NCBI GenBank assembly: GCA_003345555.1
Contig: PRDJ01000041.1
Span: 66,038-98,037, forward strand
Direction of reading: 5' to 3'
Source of the DNA: Candidatus Thorarchaeota archaeon
Lineage (GTDB): Archaea; Asgardarchaeota; Thorarchaeia; Thorarchaeales; Thorarchaeaceae
Length of the DNA stretch: 32,000 bases
The notes beneath the pieces were generated by a model, which saw nothing but the letters and a program-made list of their open reading frames with translations, did no database searches and was not told where the DNA came from. Below, in pieces: positions 26,319 to 32,000 of this stretch. Made by a program: the position numbers and the translations under genes. Numbering within the stretch: position 1 is the stretch's first letter; each line of letters opens with the position of its first letter.

Positions 26319-26422
26319 TCATACTGATTCAATTTCATTGGTTGCGAGTTGATAGTTGGGAAAAGGGGGGGTCGGCAACTGCCGTTTCCTTTCTGCGCAT
26401 GACTCCAAGAAAGGCTGGGCCA

Positions 26423-26680
26423 TTACTTGATTCGATACGGTTCGCCAAAGACCGAATCGAAAAAGGACTTGAGCGTCGCGTCTATCAGCACAACGCGAAC
26501 TAGAGCTTTTTCATCATGCCCGGGATCGTAACTACCTGTGACAAGCTCAATCTTTGACTTGTCGTCCAGCATCAAGATGGTCTTGTCTTCATCGACCTCC
26601 TGATGCATTCCGAACTTCTCACGGACCTTCTTCATGCTAGGTTCGTAGGCCAAGGGATCGACATAGTAGAAGAGCTTCAC
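26423..26680 (-). CDS. Small uncharacterised soluble protein (85 aa)
   Basis: GTG-start ORF with normal globular alpha/beta composition that fills an otherwise empty region. No family recognised. Confidence 0.75.
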   Translation of the reverse strand: MKLFYYVDPLAYEPSMKKVREKFGMHQEVDEDKTILMLDDKSKIELVTGSYDPGHDEKALVRVVLIDATLKSFFDSVFGEPYRIK

Positions 26681-26803
26681 AAGCCTGTGCTTGATACATC
26701 CTCGATAATAACGTTATCCGCATTTCCTCTAACGCGTACCTTGGGCAAGATATAAGTGAAGGAAGCCAAGGCCGCAATATCAAAGGTGTTAGAGGAGTAA
26801 GCA

Positions 26804-28093
26804 TTGACCGGACTTCATTATCGGACAATCTGTGTCTTGCTAGTCAGCCTGCTTGTCATGGGAATCGGCACCGTGGCGTTCGTGCCCGGCGCAGCTTCGG
26901 CTCAGCCCGTGACATCGTTCACACCATCAGCAATTCCCTGGACGACCTACAGCAAGAACATGAATGTGACTACTTTCGTCGCGCCCGATGGTAGTCGTGA
27001 CCAGCTCTGGCACTTCTTGAACGGTGCCCAACAGAGCATCTATGTCGAGATATTCGGTATAAACAACCCGTACATAGTCGATCTGATTCATCAGATCCAC
27101 GCGGCGAAACCATCACTGGTGATGAAGTTCCTAATTGGATGGAATAGCCTAGGATACCTGGACCAGAACAAATGGGTCGCCAACGACCTAACGAATCTTG
27201 GCCTTCCGGTAAAATGGACTAAGTCAACCGACTTTGACCAAGCTCATCAGAAGTATATCATCATCGACAACAAGACCACGATAGTTCAATCAGGCAACTG
27301 GGCAAAGACCAGTTTCCCTGAAAGTGGGAAGATATCTAACCGTGAATGGAACATTGCAATGACTGATGTCGATGTGACCGCTGCCTATAGGGCAGTCTTC
27401 GATTATGATTGGGGCAGGGGTAAAACCTACAGTGTCGCAGATGGCACAGGCTCCGCCTTGTCCTACTCCGAGAGCGGCAGTAGCTATCCGCGTCCCTTTG
27501 CCACTGCCGGTACGTTTAGTGGTCAGATGAACGTAACTCCGATTTTCAGTCCGGATACGAGCTTGCAGGGCATCCTTTACTGCATAAACCGAGCCCAAGT
27601 AACACTCGATGTCCAGATACCATACTTCACTGATGTAAATGATGGAGGCCAAGTGGACCAGGTCATTAACGCAATATTAGCTGCGAAGGCTCGTGGCGTT
27701 ACCATCCGGATAATAACAGATGAGACGAAGGATTTCGAGAACATATCTGATATTTGTGTGGCCAATGGTATTGCAATAGGGTGGCAGGACACGACCTATT
27801 TCACTGCGGAGCATAACAAAGGAATCATCGTTGATGGAGAGCTTGTGCTAGTCTGCAGCATAAACTTCAGCGATGAAAGCATCGCCAACAACAGAGAAGC
27901 AGGTGTGATCATCGAGAACAACAACGTTGTTCAGTGGTACCAAGCGGTCTTCGACTATGATTGGAGCATAGCCGACATTGTCAATCCGATTACGACGACA
28001 ACCACAGAACCGGGCATTGACTGGGTCGACGGTGTAGTGGTTATCGCGCTAGTCATAGTGGTGTTTAGTGGGGCTTACTGCAGGAAGAAGTGA
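26804..28093 (+). CDS. Secreted, C-terminally anchored phospholipase D superfamily enzyme (two HKD motifs)
   Basis: Signal peptide, HQKYIIIDNKTTIVQSGN and HNKGIIVDGELVLVCSIN motifs, TTTTT linker, C-terminal TM helix followed by RKK. Confidence 0.92.
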   Translation: MTGLHYRTICVLLVSLLVMGIGTVAFVPGAASAQPVTSFTPSAIPWTTYSKNMNVTTFVAPDGSRDQLWHFLNGAQQSIYVEIFGINNPYIVDLIHQIHAAKPSLVMKFLIGWNSLGYLDQNKWVANDLTNLGLPVKWTKSTDFDQAHQKYIIIDNKTTIVQSGNWAKTSFPESGKISNREWNIAMTDVDVTAAYRAVFDYDWGRGKTYSVADGTGSALSYSESGSSYPRPFATAGTFSGQMNVTPIFSPDTSLQGILYCINRAQVTLDVQIPYFTDVNDGGQVDQVINAILAAKARGVTIRIITDETKDFENISDICVANGIAIGWQDTTYFTAEHNKGIIVDGELVLVCSINFSDESIANNREAGVIIENNNVVQWYQAVFDYDWSIADIVNPITTTTTEPGIDWVDGVVVIALVIVVFSGAYCRKK

Positions 28094-28234
28094 GAACTGT
28101 AGCAAGACTCCATGGCTTATTGTACAGCTCAGAACCAGCACACCTGGGCAGAGGGGCACGCTCGCCTCTCGCCCGGCCATCTTTCATCCGCAGTTCAATC
28201 CCGAGAGAAATCATTGCTTTGTCCACACATAGGC

Positions 28235-28834
28235 CTAGGCATCTGAACCGCTTTCTGCCATCTTCGCAAACTTGAGGCAGCTCTCAGCTTCGTGGTTCTC
28301 TCCGCGCTTCTTATGTAGTCCGGCTGCTATCCTGTAAGCGCGGGCAACCTCGGACCACTTTTGCTGGGCGTCTAAGCAGAGAGCAAGTGCCTTCCAGGTC
28401 TCAGGATTGGCAGAATTGTACTTTAGCGCCTCATTGTAGCATCCCACAGCCTCTGGAATCCTGAGAAGACTTTCGAGTGCCCTTGCTTTGCGGCACCACA
28501 ACGAGGCATCAGTGGGTGCGCGCTTGAGACCTTCTTCGGCGGCCGCAAGTGCATTGTCGAAGGCTCCCATTGCGAGATATGCCTCCGCTTTGTTCGAGTA
28601 AGCGTCGGGTTTGTTTGGCATGACTGCAATAGCTTTATCAAAAATCTGAACCGCTGTGTCCTGCTCGCCAATGCTTATGTGAATGAGACCCATCTCATTC
28701 AAAGCGACGAATGATTTAGGGTCAGCCTTCAGAGCTTTCTGGTAAGCCTCAATCGCCTTCTTGTTCATTCCCTTCTGTTTGAAGAGGCGTGCGGCTTCCA
28801 ACCATTGGTCACGAGTCTGACCCTCAAAAGACAT
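28235..28834 (-). CDS. Tetratricopeptide repeat (TPR) protein
   Basis: Repeated roughly 34-aa units such as AIEAYQKALKADPKS, ALNEMG, AYSNKAEAY, LWCRKARAL and TWKALA. ATG 28834 is preferred over track start 28882. Confidence 0.9.
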   Translation of the reverse strand: MSFEGQTRDQWLEAARLFKQKGMNKKAIEAYQKALKADPKSFVALNEMGLIHISIGEQDTAVQIFDKAIAVMPNKPDAYSNKAEAYLAMGAFDNALAAAEEGLKRAPTDASLWCRKARALESLLRIPEAVGCYNEALKYNSANPETWKALALCLDAQQKWSEVARAYRIAAGLHKKRGENHEAESCLKFAKMAESGSDA

Positions 28835-29007
28835 ACGAATGACTCCGAACTGATGTGTTTTAACAGTTCTTCTTACGGACACGGATTTTTGGTGAGGTAC
28901 TCAGCGCTGGATTAGTACGAACTGGCAAGGTGTTAGGTCCTCGTGCTTGGACACAAGGGTTTTAACGAGAGCGGCTCCGTAACGCGAGCACAGCGCGAGG
29001 CCACAGT

Positions 29008-29535
29008 ATGAGTCATCGCTATCAACCTCCCATTGACAAGGATAATGAGACAGAAGAGGAAGAAGAAGCCTCTGCCGAAGAGGCTGAGGAGGAGGAACTC
29101 CCTGAGGAGGTAACTCCTGAGGAAGGAGTGAAACAGGGTTTCCTCGATGACCCATGGCCGAGGATGGTATTCGCGCTTATGGTTCTCGGTTTCATTCTTG
29201 TCATATTCACTCCAATCGATATGTGGGCCACCTACCGTTATAGTCTCGTCGGAACATACGTTTTCGTGATTCTAGCTTGTGCAGGCGCTCTCTTTGCATT
29301 CAAGATATGGAAGAAGAATCCCGGATCGGGTCTTCGTTGGGGAGGTTTGTTTAACGGCATTACCATCTCTTTCTGCCTAGTGCTTGGGGTAACCGACTCT
29401 CTCGAGACCGTCTTCTTTGGCAGCGGACTGTTTCCTGGTGTCTCAACCCCCGTGTTTGCCATTGCGATATTCGTGGTCGTTATGTGTATGTACAGCGTAG
29501 TGCTGATTGATCGGTCCTTGAAAAAGGGATATTGA
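29008..29535 (+). CDS. Uncharacterised four-TM membrane protein with acidic N-terminal tail
   Basis: 175 aa. Glu-rich stretch at about residues 10-40, then four hydrophobic helices. Stop codon overlaps the next start. Confidence 0.8.
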   Translation: MSHRYQPPIDKDNETEEEEEASAEEAEEEELPEEVTPEEGVKQGFLDDPWPRMVFALMVLGFILVIFTPIDMWATYRYSLVGTYVFVILACAGALFAFKIWKKNPGSGLRWGGLFNGITISFCLVLGVTDSLETVFFGSGLFPGVSTPVFAIAIFVVVMCMYSVVLIDRSLKKGY

Positions 29536-29906
29536 TGACTACTCAGTCCCCTTCGTTGGAGGAAATCATGGTCCAGATACGGCGATTCGTGGAAGAACGA
29601 GACTGGACCAAGTATCACAAGCCGTCGGCCTTGGCCATCTCGGCGGCTATCGAAGCCGGAGAACTGCTTGAGCTTTTTCAGTGGCGTACGGATGAGGATG
29701 TGCAGTCTTCAATTGCGAAGGAGGAATATCGAGAGGCTATGGCGGACGAGATTGCTGATGTGATGATTTATTTACTCCGCCTCTGCGACACCGTCGGAAT
29801 CAGTCCTTCATCAGCTCTCATCAACAAGATGTCGAAGAATGCCCGGAAGTATCCCGTTGCCGAATCTCGAGAGAAGGACCCATGTAGGCTCAGGAAGGCC
29901 GTGTGA
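29532..29906 (+). CDS. MazG-like all-alpha NTP pyrophosphohydrolase (DCTPP1/RS21-C6-type)
   Basis: FVEERDWTKYH, EAGELLELFQW (ExxE) and DEIADV (ExxD) motifs. Start is TTG 29532 or ATG 29535. Confidence 0.9.
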   Translation: MMTTQSPSLEEIMVQIRRFVEERDWTKYHKPSALAISAAIEAGELLELFQWRTDEDVQSSIAKEEYREAMADEIADVMIYLLRLCDTVGISPSSALINKMSKNARKYPVAESREKDPCRLRKAV

Positions 29907-30690
29907 GTAGTGTATATGTCTCCGGGCGCCGGTCTTTGAGCACATGGTTCCTCGCTGTAATCATCTTGTTGTCTGAATCTCGTGGTTCGATGTCGACCCA
30001 AAACAGTCCTTGGTCTGTCACGCCTCGACGCAGAAGCACTTCGCCCTTCGGACTGGTCACTTGGGACATTCCCGAGAACTGAACGTCCCTTTCGAGACCA
30101 GTTCGATTAGCGGTGGCTGTAAAAACGCGATTCTCGATCGATCTGGTTCTCATTGCCTCCTGACAATACGGAAGAACAAGGTTGGCTGGATGCAGGATAA
30201 CTTGGGCGGACTTGAGAGCCAAGATGCGTGCCACCTCAGGAAATGCCCAGTCAAAGCACACCATGATACCGAATCGATATCCGTGAAACTCCACTACAGG
30301 TGGTTCTTTGCCTCCCGGGGTGAACCATTCACTTTCATGGTCGAACAAATGCAGCTTCTGGTAAACGGCAAGCAGTGCACCATTGGCAAATGCCGCCGCC
30401 GAGTTGTAGACCAGATTGCCTTGCTTCTGGCATATGCCACTCACAATAAGACGACCCTTCTTAGAACTGGCCTGAAGGAGCTTCGAGAAAGGTCCAGCAG
30501 GTATTTCCTCAGAAAGGCCGGTAGCCTCATTCTTGGACCTAAAGACATAGCCCGAGTTCAGCAGCTCAGGAAGAACCACAACATCTACTGATTCATGGTC
30601 TGCGGCTTGGAGAAGTTGTCGCGTCTGCTCCATGTTCCAAACCTTGTCACCAAAATTGGGCTGCGTTTGGCCCACGCCGATTCTGATCAT
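29890..30690 (-). CDS. Carbon-nitrogen hydrolase (nitrilase superfamily amidohydrolase, PH0642-like)
   Basis: Glu-Lys-Cys triad in LPELLNSGY, YQKLHLF and MVCFDWAFPE, plus HPANL...ENRVF. ATG 30690 is preferred over track start 30750. 17-bp tail-to-tail overlap with the MazG-like gene. Confidence 0.93.
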   Translation of the reverse strand: MIRIGVGQTQPNFGDKVWNMEQTRQLLQAADHESVDVVVLPELLNSGYVFRSKNEATGLSEEIPAGPFSKLLQASSKKGRLIVSGICQKQGNLVYNSAAAFANGALLAVYQKLHLFDHESEWFTPGGKEPPVVEFHGYRFGIMVCFDWAFPEVARILALKSAQVILHPANLVLPYCQEAMRTRSIENRVFTATANRTGLERDVQFSGMSQVTSPKGEVLLRRGVTDQGLFWVDIEPRDSDNKMITARNHVLKDRRPETYTLLTRPS

Positions 30691-30817
30691 GAAATGCTCG
30701 CCGAAAGCAGAAATGCAGATCCTCGCTATCTCTGCTTTGGTTACCACCACATCATCTCAGAGGGCGAACCTTCTAGGTCGGCTCAAGCACTGGAAAATGA
30801 TACCGAAGGAACCGAAC

Positions 30818-31708
30818 TTACTTCTCAGAGAGAGCGTCCTGATGGGGCGTGGGTTGGGCAACAACCTGTGCCGATTCTGTCGAGTCAATGACCGCCCTAA
30901 TCTCACGTTTCACTCTGAGAAGGATGTTGTACGTTCTTCTGAGCTCTCTTTCGGTATCATGATGCCAGATACTCTGTACGGCCATGAAGTTGATTCTAAG
31001 AATCCTGAACCTTCTCGCCATCACTGTGTATCGTTCTTTGAGCTTCTTCACGGACACGCCGGGTTTGGCTGCGGCGTCTCGGAGCCGGGCCAACCTCATT
31101 TCAATCGACGACATTTCTCTGGAGACCATTCTCTCTATTGCCCGGCCAACCAGCTCTTCGCTGTAATCCTCTACCAACCTGAGGTGAGTCCAACGCCGCA
31201 CGGAGGCGCCGTTTTCTTTCATCTTTGTCACGAATGTTCTTGCATCGTAGAGAGGATGACTCGTATCCGACCTATAATAGCGCACAGACTCCTTAGACCT
31301 TAGATGAGGGAAGAGGAGAACACCCGGCCGCAATCTCACGCAAGGAGACCTGCGTATGAGTCTCTGTGTCTGTTGTCTTTGCTGCGCTGAAGGACTGTCG
31401 TAACTGTAAGCCACGACCATGTATGTTCTATTTTCGGATTCGTTTGGACCCGAATCTTTCACTCTCGGGATCCGTTTTGTTTTCCTGAACGATATGTGTC
31501 TCCTGTTCAGGACGATATCCCTCACTAGCTGAGACTCCATCTTGGCCAAGTAGACACCTCTCGCCAGAGTCCTTATCCCCTCCACCCTCTCGGCCAGTAC
31601 CTCGAAATCCCTTGTGGGTTCCAACAGAATAGCCAGCTGTAAGCTTCCGCTCAAGATGACCTGATATATGCGACGAGTTGAGGATCTAGACTCGGTCGAA
31701 AGAATCAC
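30818..31708 (-). CDS. Basic protein with a ChrB_N/PaaX-central-domain-like (Cas2-like ferredoxin fold) module and helical C-terminus
   Basis: YMVVAYSYDSPSAQQRQQTQRLIRRSPCVRLRPGVLLFP...ARTFVTKMKENGASVRRW followed by three long helices parallels the ChrB N-terminal domain layout. GTG start behind GAAGGA. Family call is by eye. Confidence 0.6.
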   Translation of the reverse strand: MILSTESRSSTRRIYQVILSGSLQLAILLEPTRDFEVLAERVEGIRTLARGVYLAKMESQLVRDIVLNRRHISFRKTKRIPRVKDSGPNESENRTYMVVAYSYDSPSAQQRQQTQRLIRRSPCVRLRPGVLLFPHLRSKESVRYYRSDTSHPLYDARTFVTKMKENGASVRRWTHLRLVEDYSEELVGRAIERMVSREMSSIEMRLARLRDAAAKPGVSVKKLKERYTVMARRFRILRINFMAVQSIWHHDTERELRRTYNILLRVKREIRAVIDSTESAQVVAQPTPHQDALSEK

Positions 31709-32000
31709 ATCCTTCAGGGGGAGCTCTTCGCAAGGCGGCCTACAGACCGGGATTCGCCTTCATTGAAGACATGTTGTATCATCCCAGTATTGGGCCGTGG
31801 GTGACACTGCCGAAATGCTTCGAAACTACCAGATATTACCCTTTTGATGATATAAAGCGATTGAAATGCACAATAAGCGTTGATAATGCCCGGATTACGT
31901 ATCGCAGTCAATGTGTACCATCTTCGTAATCGTGGAGAGTTATCACCGACCTCTAGGCTTTGGGACACGCTTAACACCTAAGGAAGCCAATACATGTTCG

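Noticed and set aside
26230-26340. SECIS element or selenoprotein
   Set aside because: No called gene has an in-frame TGA at a catalytic Cys position, and the hairpin lacks the AUGA/GA core.
26708-26717. Perfect 10-bp palindrome ATAACGTTAT between divergent genes
   Set aside because: A few palindromes of this length are expected by chance in the window's intergenic DNA, and no second copy was seen.
29050-29125. GAG/GAA-rich quasi-repeat as a DNA repeat element
   Set aside because: It is explained by the poly-Glu coding tract of the membrane protein.
31714-31977. 87-aa minus-strand ORF
   Set aside because: No recognisable motif and atypical composition. The region contains an AT-rich TATA-like stretch near 31850 and is more likely upstream regulatory DNA or the end of a gene beyond the window.
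30818-32000. CRISPR-Cas locus suggested by the Cas2-like module
   Set aside because: No direct-repeat/spacer array and no cas1 or other cas gene is visible. The fold is shared with non-CRISPR proteins.

Overview
Gene-dense, apparently chromosomal window: 26 complete CDSs plus one partial CDS at the left edge. I found no rRNA, tRNA, CRISPR array, transposase or integrase. It most likely comes from an Asgard archaeon, possibly Thorarchaeia. That is an inference from a Rab-like small GTPase with no prenylation cysteines, a stand-alone archaeal Lrp/AsnC ligand-binding domain, a GAGGTGA Shine-Dalgarno, TATA-like boxes, and several signal-peptide plus C-terminal-anchor surface proteins. The centrepiece is a tightly packed uvrB-uvrA-uvrA-uvrC nucleotide-excision-repair operon (about 14.97-24.61 kb) with TWO tandem, full-length, clearly diverged UvrA paralogues. 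They carry different non-canonical substitutions in their ATPase motifs, and the second has a more diverged UvrB-binding domain, suggesting a possible heterodimeric or subfunctionalised damage sensor. Other genes: two MFS transporters, an acyl-CoA dehydrogenase, an MBL-fold hydrolase, a QueG/reductive-dehalogenase-superfamily 2x[4Fe-4S] protein, a SAM methyltransferase, a ferredoxin, a membrane-anchored secreted phospholipase-D-superfamily enzyme, a TPR protein, a MazG/DCTPP1-like pyrophosphatase, a nitrilase-family amidohydrolase, a ChrB_N/PaaX (Cas2-like fold) protein, and several uncharacterised zinc-ribbon, membrane and surface proteins. All family calls come from reading motifs by eye; no database search was run.
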